A DNA stretch of 63,069 bases, the filler included, from Craspedostauros australis (taxonomy: Eukaryota), in assembly GCA_030167865.1 (NCBI GenBank). It is 11 parts of 11 records of this genome, joined end to end, with 100 filler letters (N's around TTAATTAATTAA, not from the genome) between each part and the next. Parts side by side here need not be neighbours in the genome. Positions count along the whole stretch, not along the records: positions 18,196 to 20,657 come from JALAGF010000156.1; positions 20,758 to 22,507 come from JALAGF010000157.1; positions 22,608 to 24,221 come from JALAGF010000158.1; positions 24,322 to 30,671 come from JALAGF010000160.1; positions 30,772 to 44,126 come from JALAGF010000161.1; 6 more parts are not named here. One strand, given 5' to 3'. The notes under the pieces are model-generated. The model saw only the letters and a program-made list of their open reading frames with translations. It ran no database searches and was not told the DNA's origin. Position 1 is the stretch's first letter, and the number at the start of each line of letters is the position of its first letter. Below are positions 19,429 to 31,451 of the stretch, in pieces. The translations under genes and the position numbers were made by a program.

Positions 19429-20657
19429 ATGAACAACCTCGGTCTGCTGCCATCGTGGCTCTCCTTGGCGAGACTCACCAACACGACACTCTTCTCCTCC
19501 ATCGCAGTTTCGGACCCCCTGCTTCCCAGAACAGAGACGATTGATGGCATCGAAGGCCATGCTGAAAAACAGGCAGACCCATCCCACTCTGCGCTTTCCG
19601 ACTTGTTCGACGATGCTGCCGCTTCTGATACCAATGCTGACGAATGCAGTGATTCAACGCAGTCCGTCTGCGTCATCGGAGGAGGTCCTGGAGGAATGTT
19701 CTTTTGCTATCACATGGATGAACGAATGAGAAAGAAGGAACAGGAGGAACAGGAGCAGCAACAGGAACAGGAGCAGGCACGAGAATCGAAACCACACTCG
19801 CACACACAAGCAGACTCCAAGCCAAGATCACACAAACGATGCAAGGCCTTCGATATCCACTGCTTCGAGAGAGCCTCCAGCCCCGGCGGTGTTTGGAGGA
19901 AGGCCAATGCAGTCGATACATCCAATATCGGCGCTGTCGAGATGTACGACAACCTCTGGACCAACGGACCGTCTCACAACATGGAGCTGTTCGACTACAC
20001 CTTCGACGACCACTTCAAACGACCCGTCAGCGTCTATCTGTCTCGGAAGGATGTGCTGGACTACATCATATCGCGTGTCACACGAAACAATCCGAACCTC
20101 TTCGATGACTACATGCACTTCAATACGGAAGTCGAGAACGTGGTGTTCGTCAGCTCGACGCAGAAGTTCGAAGTGACGACGCGGAATCTGGTGACGAAGG
20201 AGACGACAATGGGCGAGTTCGATTATTGCGTGTGGGGTGCTGGATCCAATGCGAAGCAGAAGCTCCCGCAGGATGTGGTTGATGCGATGAGATCGGGTGG
20301 ATTCACTGGTCCCATCTTGCACTCGGCGAACACGGCGGGTCTGGAATCGATTGTGAAGGGCAAACGCATCGTGTTGGTTGGCGGGATGTACTCCGCCGAA
20401 GATCTCGCGCTTCAATCCATCAAGCTGGGCGTGGAGCATGTGGACGTCATATCCCGGAGCTTGGAACCGCATGTTACACATACGGAGAGCTGGCCTGGCA
20501 ACAGAGTTGAAGTATACGGCGGTCTCCAGATCTTCAAGAGTGAGGGCAACACGATTCATCTTGAGGAGGTGGAGTGGAGCCGAGAACATGGATATACTGG
20601 GCAGAACGAGACGGAGGAGTCCTTGGAGGGCGTTGACGCTGTGATCTTCTGCACTGG
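19429..20657 (+). CDS. Flavin-containing monooxygenase (class B FMO), 3' truncated by gap
   Basis: FAD motif VCVIGGGPGG, FERASSPGGVW, MYDNLWTNGP, FMO fingerprint FTGPILHSAN, NADP motif LVGGMYSAED, DAVIFCTG. Confidence 0.92.
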
Positions 20658-22035
20658 NNNNNNNNNNNNNNNNNNNNNNNNNNNNNNNNNNNNNNNNNNN
20701 NTTAATTAATTAANNNNNNNNNNNNNNNNNNNNNNNNNNNNNNNNNNNNNNNNNNNNTGGATCAGAAGTAAAGCTCTCCGAAAGAGTCACCTTCGCATCA
20801 CGTTGCATTGTACTTTCGGGACATGGTCGCACCCTGGAGTTAGGACACGCAGAAGGTCGCAGCAGATGTCATCCAGCTCGAGCGTGTCCTCGTAATGCTG
20901 TGTTGAGTTGTCACAGAATCTTGGGTGACTCGCGGCTTCCAGAAGCACCCGATGAAGTTCCGTCGTCGTGAACTTGGTACGTTGCGCTTGCATGGGTTGA
21001 AGTACTCTCCGTGGATATCTTGGAATCTGACTGATGGTGTTCGATTCTGTTCGATGCTTCGGTGCCACAGATCGGAAGTGACGATCTCTGGCAATCGTTG
21101 ACACCAAGACGGAGAAGCAATTCCCAATGAGGGTGCGACCTCCTTTGCCACCATCAACACTGCGATGCAGAAGCCATGAGACGGAACTCTTTTGGTCGCT
21201 CCCATCTGCGTGTGATCGACAAGTGAGAACACCTGTGAACTCCCATTTTCGAAGATGCCATGCATGCCAGACCTTTGATCGCATGCTTGAGTCGGTGCTC
21301 CTATCGACCCTGAATCCCACCCCAGACATTGGTGCTTGCACAAGCGGATCTGAGAGAGGTCATCTCAATCCAGGGTTGGCGGTTGCTGGGCACCATGTGA
21401 GGAGTTATCTTGTGGTTGGGGTATGCCTGGATCGTCCGAATGCGTGTGACTCCCTTTGCGGCTCTATTGCGCTAACGTACTCGTGCTATCCTTCACAGGT
21501 CACAGCCATGATTGCTGCCGTCGTCACACCCACTGTCAGATCAAAAGTCTATATTCACCTTAGTCTATGTCTAATCTTGTTCTCCATAGAATGCGTCAGG
21601 TCACGCATGAGACTTTTGGTCATGAACCGTTTTCTCTTTCTCTGTTGATATTATTTACCGCAACTCCCGACGGCGCTCAGATACCTGTCTTGGTGTCTGA
21701 GGATGGTAGTGAGCTAATACATGGACGTCAGGCCCTGCTTGTCATCCTCCTTATGTGCACCTGAACATGTATGTCTGAATCCCTGTGAATCCACTTTCAC
21801 AGGGCATGTCTACCGTCTTGTTGAGTGAATGTATCTGAGCATCTTGACTCAGATACAAGCTCATCAATCCCATCAAATTTGGCAAGATCGCATTTCTGCA
21901 ATGATTGGATTTGTTGCATGCATCATTGTTGTTCCAAGAAGCAAGATCAGTATTGGAGGTGCCATGAACCTCCTCAGTCTTGCAAACTTGACAACATCTC
22001 CATGCTCTGCACTTCATGCTCTGCACTTCATGCTC

Positions 22036-22880
22036 TGGTTGGCAAGTTCCATGATTGGAAGCCTACGATCGTGGAAGATGGTGTTGGTTGATTGTTGTTC
22101 TGTTTGCTATTTCATTACATTGGCACTCCGATCCTCTCGGTGTCTGTTCTCTTGCCCGATGCTCTTGGCGCTTCAATCTGTCTCGTAGATTCGGTCTCCA
22201 ACTATGAGTCGGTGCGCGAGATGCTCTCTCGCTCCTCTCTGTATTCTCTCTCTCTCTCTCTCTCTCTCTCAATATCGTGTGCTCGTGCTACACCATGTTT
22301 CATGTTCGATGCTTACTCTGCATTCGATACTCCGTTCGTTCACTACTGGCTCCTACTTCATGAGTACTTACCATTTGAACTTCACCTTCTGTATCCATGA
22401 TCTCGATGTCCTTTGGTCATCGGATCTTCGCCTCCTGCTCTGACTTGGAGACAGATGTCGACGTGGTGACATGTTGACATCCTGTTGACGTCAGTAGGCG
22501 TCCTTCTNNNNNNNNNNNNNNNNNNNNNNNNNNNNNNNNNNNNNNNNNNNNTTAATTAATTAANNNNNNNNNNNNNNNNNNNNNNNNNNNNNNNNNNNNN
22601 NNNNNNNGAGGTTTAGTTGGGAAGTACCTCGAGATTCTCTTGGTACCATTGATGGATGGACGGACGATCTTCCAATTCTCTTAGAAATCGTCATTTGCAA
22701 ATTTCCTCCAGAAATCTTGCCCCTTTTCGTGTGTTCCGTTTCCCCTGTAATTCTGANGAATCACAGTATACTATCGACACGAATGTAGTTATACCGTCCA
22801 AGTCCGTATGAGAGAATAGCGGGTGAACGATGCACATATACTCGTACATCTCGACATATACTCACATGTACATCTCGACA
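22036..22880 (-). mobile_element. Probable solo LTR of the Copia element, interrupted by a gap
   Basis: Colinear similarity to 53468-54256 on both sides of the gap; begins TGTCGAG on the minus strand at 22880; contains (CT)n at about 22246-22270; no TSD recognised. Confidence 0.75.
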
Positions 22881-23499
22881 TTCCTTTGCTTTCTTCTCAA
22901 GAGCCATCGCTTCGTATGTCAGGTTACAATTGTCATCCATAGTCCCTGTTTCGCGAGAGTGATCTTCCGTTGCCTCAACTTCAGCCTTCACCATGTCCAT
23001 TGCTCCCTACGTCCTCCAAGATCTCTTCCGACCTTCCAACGAAGGCAGATTCTACCAGAAATGGTTCTTCAATTCTGACTTGGAAGCCAGATACTTCATT
23101 GCAATGGCAGTGACATCGATGTAGCCAAACTTACAACAGCGAATATATGATGGTCGTGGTGGCGCCGTGTCTTACGGATCGACGGGCAACACTTCAATGT
23201 CGGGCTATAGCAGTTATGCCAATCGATCGAACGATGGCCTGGTAAGCCCAATGAAGCCGTAGAACTCCATGGAGTCACCATACTCTCAAATCAAAGACCT
23301 GAAAGATAATGCTTGATGATGGAAGATGCTTGAGCTGAGGTACCGACCCCACGCACACTTGTTGGCATGGTGTCAAGGATGCAGTGTGCCACAGCACACA
23401 TTAGGAGGCGCTGCTGTGCTGCAAGATGCTTGAGAATGACAAAGATGACAGAAATCAAGGCAGCCTGGTGCCAGCGATGATACTGGAGGGTGGAAGTCA

Positions 23500-24221
23500 T
23501 GATGGTGGGGGAAGATATGATCCGCTGGAGTTCATCAGATGATAAGTACAGAGTTACACTAGGTGCATGTAAAGAAGGAGTTGAACTGCAACAGAGAGTT
23601 GCGATACAATGGGTGGGCACGAATAATCAATTTGCAGTAGAGCACATCGGATCAATTTGGTGTGAGCACAAAGTTTTGCTCCGATGTAGCCGTTGAGAAC
23701 GAATTTTGGACTACCACGACTCGTCAGAGAGATTATGAAATTATGAACGGTCTCCGAGGAGCGTTCATATTCGCGGACAATGAGTTCATAATTATTTCTA
23801 TTGACGTTATGTGGACGTTGACCCCCAATTCAATGAGGAGCCGAAAGGTATCTTGTGCCCTAAATGGAGTGATATGATTGGCCGAGAGGCCCAGATTATG
23901 AAATTATGACCCTTGCAACCACCTCCAATACCATACATTTCATTGATGGATGGACGGACGATGTTCCTGATTCTCTCAGAAATCGTTGATTGCAAATTTC
24001 CTCCAGAAATCTTGCTCTTTTTCGTGTGTTCCGTTTCCGTTGTAATTCTGACGAATCACAACATACTATCGACACGAATGTAGTTATACCGTGCAAGCGC
24101 GTATGAGAGAATAATGGGTGAACGATGCACACATACACGTACATCTCGACATATACTCACATGCACATCTCAACACCCTTCCTGTGTGCATTCGGTCATT
24201 CGAATGTTCTCGATGTGTCAA
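23500..24221 (-). mobile_element. Copia 3' end: RNase H tail, polypurine tract and 3' LTR (about 24175 to 23500)
   Basis: 24176-24221 matches 54257-54302 (end of pol plus PPT ACAGGAAGGG), followed by TGTTG; putative terminus ...CCATCA at 23500. Confidence 0.75.
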
Positions 24222-24867
24222 NNNNNNNNNNNNNNNNNNNNNNNNNNNNNNNNNNNNNNNNNNNNTTAATTAATTAANNNNNNNNNNNNNNNNNNNNNNN
24301 NNNNNNNNNNNNNNNNNNNNNTATTCGACATCGTAATCGCTCTCTATCGCTCCATGCACCTCTCATTCCGAATGCTAGTTTCATCATCACTAGCATCTCA
24401 AAAAATATCATTATTACGACAAGGACGACTCAACATTGCTGCAAATGAAGAGAAATGATTGGCCACTGGTTTCTTTCCAACACGTGGAAGGTTGGATTGC
24501 CGGGACTGCAATGTGAAACTCAACCGTGTTTTTGGCTCCTAACACGCAATCGAGTTTCACTTTCCGAGGGGGAAGTTCGCATGTTGCCCCTCTAAAAATA
24601 TCATTATCAGGTTATTTTGTACCGTGGGACTCCCAATGTGAAATGCGATAGGCCTCTATTGTCAACACAACATGTTTTGATTGGCTGGGTCAGTCACATC
24701 GGTGATTGACTAATTCGACCCATTTTGCCGGGTGTCCCAGGACAACGCAACCAGTCTCTCTTGGCGCTGCTGCAGTTCGCAACGGCGTTGTGCCATAGGT
24801 CAAGCTAGTCCTTAAAGATCGCATTAGTCGAGTGTCGCAATTGTACGAATTGCGATTAGCCTACTAT

Positions 24868-24931
24868 TTAGGGTTAGATTTAAGGTTGGGGTTTGGTTGG
24901 ATCTAGGGTTAGGGGTAAGGTAATTTAGGTT
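24868..24931 (+). repeat. Degenerate telomere-like (TTAGGG-like) interstitial tract
   Basis: TTAGGGTTAGATTTAAGGTTGGGGTTTGG...CTAGGGTTAGGGGTAAGGTAATTTAGGTT. Confidence 0.55.
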
Positions 24932-26978
24932 TGCGTTTAGCACTGTCCTTTGAGGCCAATTGTGGTTCCCTCACGACTTATCCTGGAAACGAAAAGAACG
25001 CACTTTTCCCTCACGTCCCTGTGCCACTGTGCACAGCAGATGAGTCTTGGTTGCATCATGGTGGCGCAGCGGAACAAGACATCTCTGCCTCGCGAGAAGC
25101 GGATCGATAAGTCTCTCGTCTGCTATTTCCGACTACTCGTGCTCGTCTCCAGTTCTCGCTCTCGCACCGTACTCGCGTGTATGACCTACCTGACGCTTCA
25201 CACATGGTCCACCGTCGCAGCACTTCGTGGCGTCTGGTGGAACGCAAGGGTGGCCTCCACCATGACGCGGAAAGAATCGGCGCGTACGACGCAGGACACC
25301 TTCACCGCGACGCTTCCTCGCATTGCAGATTCGAACATGTGAGGGTGCTCTCCACTCCACTCTGCTCCCGGGTTGTACGGCGACTAGGACATGGGCAGAT
25401 TTCCGAAATCGATGACGATCGTTTGTGCCATAGGTCGTACACGTACAATACGTGGAGTCGTACGTCTGGAAGAGCATCTCTCCAAAGTGTTGTAATCTGG
25501 AGAGAAAGGGCGTAGAGAATGACGTTGATGGAAGCACACTTCTCTCCTTTCTGCCCAGCTTCATTCCATCGAAACGTCATAAGCGCAGGCCACCTTGTCG
25601 ATCTGTCGTTCCTGTACGACTAGTCCGCAATCGCTCGCTCGCCCATGGCGCGCCGCGTCGCGCGCAGGTCCTTGATCGTCTTTACACACATCTACGACGT
25701 CGATTCTGATGGCCGACGCAGGGATGAATGCGGGCTGTGACTGCACCTTGCAGATGGAGGGTCCCCAGCCGTTATACCTACGAGCGAGCATCCATGGCTC
25801 GTGCCCGTCCCGGACGTTCCGAACGGGTTGATCCAATTGCTTCACTCCAGTCGTAACTTCTCTCTGTTTTCTGTCCCCACCCAGCGCTCACTTTGTGGTC
25901 CATCGTCGATTGATTTTGTGACACAAAACTGGAGTTTGGTGTAAGCGACAAAGGGCCTAGCGTGGAACAGAGTCATTTGTCCAGAAAGCGGTTTTGACAG
26001 ATTCACAACGTTGAAGTGACAAATTGTTGCGGAGAGAAAGAACCCGTGCTATTGGGCGCGCAGGACAGCAAGCAGACACTGCGCATGTGAATTGTTCGGA
26101 TTTGTGCGTGTCTTTGGGCCTTGAATGTCACCACGTCATGTGAGACGTGTCACTGTGGCATAATGATGCTGTCTTTGTGCCTTGCAATTTATCGTCTGCA
26201 AAGCACAAACAGACGCGTCTCACACAACTTGTTGGCGGAAACGCTAACGGCTTATCTTTTTCACACCACCACAAGTCATCTGCGCTCATTGTACGCGCCA
26301 ACCCAGTCACATAAATTGCATCGCTCCGCAATCTCTTGTTGTCCCCTCTATCTCATACCCATCCCTCGAGTGTTCCCACTCATAAAAGGACAAAGTACAC
26401 CAATCGTTGCTCCACTCCCATTCCTCGTTGACACAAAGGCAGAGACGGTGACGAAGACAGAGCGGCAAGAAGCAGAAGGTACGTCGGTGAGAGAGTACAG
26501 CGGTATCTGGCTTTCGCTTTCCCCGCTTTTATCGATTGTGGATACAGTACGTGCGTGGAAGCCGATGCCCAACCTGCTCATCCTTCAGCGGTTGCAAGAT
26601 GCTCGTGGCGGCTGCCCCCAATGGTGAAGCCGTGCCTACCTTCAGCTTTCTCACATGCAGCAGTTCTCTCTCCATCGGTTCTACTCTGCCCTGCTCCGTT
26701 CTGCACCGCTGCAACACAATCAGTTGGTGCTCTGGCTTGTCAAAACAGAGCAAAAGATCATCAGCTCACTCTGGCCTCCGTGTTTGGGTCAACGGTTGGC
26801 ATCATCCTCCAACAGTCGACTGTGCACACTTTCGAACTCGCCGTTTCCAGCAACACCGTAGCGGTCATCTTCACCCTTCCGTCCGGCATCGTCTACCCGT
26901 GTTCGTGTTCATCCCTGCACTTTGACAAAGGTAATTGCAACCGCAACTGCAGGTGCAACTGAGACCACCGATCCAACA

Positions 26979-29900
26979 ATGGTCGGCTACACGACGCAAT
27001 CGACCGCGAGCAACGGCAGTGCCGTCGGAAAGTATGGCGACGACAGCGATAAAGACAGCAGCGATGGAGCGCTGAGCCAGTCAGTCAGCGGCATCTCCGA
27101 CGAGCAATCCGCCACTGGGAATTCAATCGGATGGAGCAGTTCCGCGTCTTCACAGCGCGGTGGTGCAAAGAAGCAACCGCGTTCGGCCAAGGAAACCGAA
27201 ATTGCAGCAGAGGAAGCCAGGGCAGTGTTTTGGTCCAAGATATGCATGCTCTCGTTGCTGCTCGTATCTGCCGGCATCGCCAGCGGCCTCGCTTTCCACT
27301 TCGCCAGGGAGGCGGAGACATCCGATTTCGAACTTCAGGTAAGCGCCGGTATCCTTCGGCCATCATTCCACGATGCTGCATGAATCCGTACGTCCATCTC
27401 CATCCTCTTTTTCATTCGTCACCATCGCACTTCACTCACTCACGATGCCGCACACTCGCATTCCATGACCGCGCTCCTGATGCGTTCTCCACTCTGCGAC
27501 ATCACGTCCCACCGCGATGTACCACCCTTGTACTCGCTCTCATACCCGTACTGACACTTATGTTTAGTTCCACGACTACGCCAACGAAATCGAGTATGTC
27601 ACGAAGCAAAACCTCCAGAATGCGCTGGATCTGATTGCAGGCCTTGGAGACTCCGTCACGTCTTACGATCTGAGCAAGACCAGCAACACGACGTTCCCCT
27701 TCGTGACGATCCCGCACTTCGAAATCCGGGGACGCAACTACAGACACGTCTCAGGTGCTCTCATGGTTGGATTCGCGCCAACCGTCAATCTCGACCAGCT
27801 CAGCCGATGGTCCGACTACTCGGTGAACAATCAAGGCTGGATCCAGGAGTCGCTTGACCTCGAGAATGACACGAAGAGCAGAGAAATGACCCCGACACCT
27901 ATCCATGAGTCTATCTTTGACGTGAAGAATGAAGGTCGTTTCGTCGATTCTCCTCCAAGGGAGACTCACTGTCCTCTGTGGCAGCAAAGCCCACCACCTC
28001 GGAGCGAGAACTTCATCAATTCGGATCTCTGCTCTTACGACGTCATAGCCGATGTCTTCGAGGCGTCCAAACAAACGCAGCGCCCGGCGTTGTCGGAGGT
28101 TTCGGATCCAACGACCATCTTTGGCCTCGAAGCCCTGGGTAAAGACAAAGACAAAATTGTCGTGATACACCCAAAGAGCATCCTTGTCGAGCCAGTCTTC
28201 GATCGATTTCACGATGCTGGCAAGCAAGTCGTGGGAATGCTCGTCGCCGTCATCCCCTGGGAGCTTTACTTCACGAACGTCATCCAGGAAAACTCCAAGG
28301 GTATCATCGCAGTGCTCGGAAGCTCCTGCGGCGATAGATTCTCCTTCCAGATTGATGGCCCCAACGTGTCTTATCTCGGCTTGGGCGACTTTCATTCCGA
28401 GGAGTACACCGACATGGGGCATGTGACCACCTTCACCGATGAGCAGCTGCTAGAGACGGAGCGGACCACCGTGGGCGGCAAGACCTGCATCTACACGCTG
28501 AATCTGTACCCATCGGAGGAGATGGAGAAATCGTATCGCACGGATACGCCAGTGTTCCTAGCTACTGCCGTCGCGGCCTTGTTCATCTTCACCATGGCCG
28601 TGTTCCTTGGGTACGACTTCTTGGTACAACGACGCCAAAGCAAGGTCCAAAATGCAGCCGTCAAATCCAACGCCATCGTTTCCTCCCTCTTCCCAGCAAA
28701 GGTCCGGGAACGGCTGATGCAGGAGAAGGAGCAGATGATGACATCCGAGCCGCACGATGGCGCCATCAACCTGCACACGCAAGGCAAGCTCCAGTCGAAG
28801 GGCCCCGTCGACCCCAACCGCCAGCTCTTTCATGAGACAAGCACCTCACCGACCCCGTCGTTGGATGGCGTGTTCTACGAAACCAAGCCCATCGCGGATC
28901 TCTTCCCCAACACAACAGTCCTCTTCTCCGACATCGTAAAATTCACGGCGTGGAGCTCCGTCCGTGAACCGACGCAGGTCTTCATGCTTCTTGAGACCGT
29001 GTACCGCGCATTCGACACGATCGCGAACAAGCGCGGAGTCTTCAAAGTCGAGACGATCGGGGACTGCTACGTCGCCGTGGCTGGACTTCCAGAACCAAGG
29101 GATGACCATGCCGTCATCATGGCACGCTTTGCCAACGATTGCATGAAGAAGATGAACGAGCTGTCGAAGATGCTCGAAGTGACGTTGGGACCTGACACCG
29201 GCGACCTCATGATGAGAATGGGCCTGCACTCGGGACCAGTCACAGCTGGAGTCCTCCGCGGCGACAAGTCCAGATTCCAGCTGTTCGGCGATACCGTCAA
29301 CACAGCAGCTCGAGTCGAGGCCACCGGTGCGCGCGGTCGCATCCACCTGTCGGAAAGCACAGCCAATCTGCTCATCGCTGCAGGTAAGAAGGCCTGGATC
29401 ATGCCGCGAGACGAGACCGTTGTTGCCAAAGGCAAGGGGGCCATTACAACTTTCTGGCTTCAATCCAAGGACACGGCGGAGAGAACCGGAGATTCCATCA
29501 CCGAAGCCACGAGCACGGCTGGCGCAGACCAACAATCAAACATCCCCGGTGCGTCGGGTCATGGCATGACGGCATGCCAACAGAGCAGCCCAGCTGCCGT
29601 TAGCCTTCCATCTACACCGCCCATCTTGAGACAGTCCCAGAGCGCGATGGACAAGCTCCCAAGATACCTCCAAAGCACACCCAAACAGCAACGTTTGGTT
29701 AAATGGAACGTCGACATCCTTGCCAGATTGTTGCTGGTGATGATCGAGAAGCGCCAGCCGACTTCCACGAATCGTTCCGTTGATGGGTCCCTCGCCAACA
29801 CGGAGGAGATGATCTGTCAAAGGAGCTACCCCTTGAATGAGGTCGTAGAGTTCGTGAGTCTCCCAGGATTTTCAAAGAACCGCAACTCGATCAAGTCTTT

Positions 29901-30671
29901 CAAGAACATCGCTCCGGCCGTCATCAGCGATGAGGTCCACGCTCAACTCGAACTCTACGTGGGAACAATCGCCTCGATGTACCGCAACAACTCCTTCCAC
30001 AACTTCGAGCACGCATCGCACGTCACTATGTCAGTCACGAAGCTTCTTTCCAGAATAGTGGCACCAGACATCGAAGAGGATGGCCAGGACCGCGCGCAAT
30101 GCCTCCATGACCACACATACGGCATCACGTCGGACCCACTCACACAGTTCGCTGTCGTCCTCTCAGCTCTCATCCATGATGTGGATCATGTTGGGGTCCC
30201 CAACTTCCTCCTCCTTGCTGAGAATGAACGCCTTGCGAAGCGGTTCAAGAACAAGAGCGTGGCAGAACAAAACTCCATCGAATTGGCATGGGACATACTC
30301 ATGCAACCGAAGTTTGACAGTCTGAGGAACTGCATCTACACGGACGCGCACGAGCTCAAGAGATTCCGGCAACTCATGGTCAACTCCGTTCTGGCCACGG
30401 ACATCTTTGACGCCGAGCTCAGCACGCTGCGAAAGAATCGGTGGGAGAGAGCCTTTAGCAGCAACAGCAGTACAGACTCCAGCAAAACCGTCGACACAAA
30501 CAGGAAGGCCACGATCGTCATTGAGCATCTCATCCAGGCCTCGGATGTAGCCCATACTATGCAGCATTGGCACGTCTACCAGAAATGGAACGAGCGGCTG
30601 TTCCACGAGATGATGCATGCGCATATCTCCGGACGATCCCAGAAAAATCCGTCCCAAAGCTGGTACGAAGG
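26979..30671 (+). CDS. Receptor-type guanylate/adenylate cyclase fused to a class I phosphodiesterase; exons 26979-27338 and 27568 to gap
   Basis: GT-AG intron 27339-27567 keeps the frame (ELQ|FHDY). Two TM helices flank an extracellular domain. Cyclase motifs VLFSDIVKFT, KVETIGDCY, RMGLHSGPV, LFGDTVNTAARVE. PDE motifs FHNFEHASHV, IHDVDHVGVPN, ATD, ASDVAH. Confidence 0.93.
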
Positions 30672-31451
30672 NNNNNNNNNNNNNNNNNNNNNNNNNNNNN
30701 NNNNNNNNNNNNNNNTTAATTAATTAANNNNNNNNNNNNNNNNNNNNNNNNNNNNNNNNNNNNNNNNNNNNCAACTAGCGCTATCGTGGAGGAGGTGTGG
30801 GATGGTCTCATCGGAACACCTCAAAAAGAGACTAAACAATTCAAAATCGGAACAAACTTGCTGAAACGAAGAACAGCAAAGGGTTAAGTTGGATCGATGT
30901 AGTCGGACGCAAGAGGCCGAGTCCCTAAAGCAGTCTAAAAATCTGCACCTTCATGGGTCCATAAAACTTAAAATAAGGTCTAACAGAAAGGTAATTTGTA
31001 CCAGTATTTGGTTTTAGAATATGAGGATTATGAATATGCGGTCGGTTTGCATATCCAAGAAAAATGTTGTTGAGTCCCATAACAAAGTGCAGGTCGACTC
31101 ACTGATCGGGCTCTTAAAAGTACTTTGCACTGTGCGTTTGGAAATGCATAGTCAATTCTAATTGACAGGCGAACCGGGCCTTGGCCAAGAGCTGAAGAGT
31201 AGGTGTTCATTACTGTTATATGCATGGTACGAGCAAGCCAGTATCAGTCAGCACCAACAGGTTCCAGTTCGATGCAAAAATAGAGAAGACAATTGCGTTT
31301 TGCCAGTACTGAGTGTGTTGTGTTCAAGCCTACGAGTACATACTCTACTCTGCTCTGCTCTATTTCCTAAAATACGAAGAGCGGAACAGTATGCAGTAGC
31401 TGGATGGCATGGCTCAAGCCTCCCGATTGGCATCTAGGCAAGCGTCTGTGC

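Noticed and set aside
3210..20657. Aminotransferase + sulfatase + methyltransferase + FMO as a DMSP/sulfur gene cluster
   Set aside because: The methyltransferase has protein-lysine MTase (DKxTLD) motifs rather than DSYB/MMT features, unrelated genes intervene, and the FMO is on another contig.
20758..22030. Overlapping 160-185-aa ORFs after the FMO gap
   Set aside because: No FMO C-terminal or other recognisable motif; cannot support a gene call.
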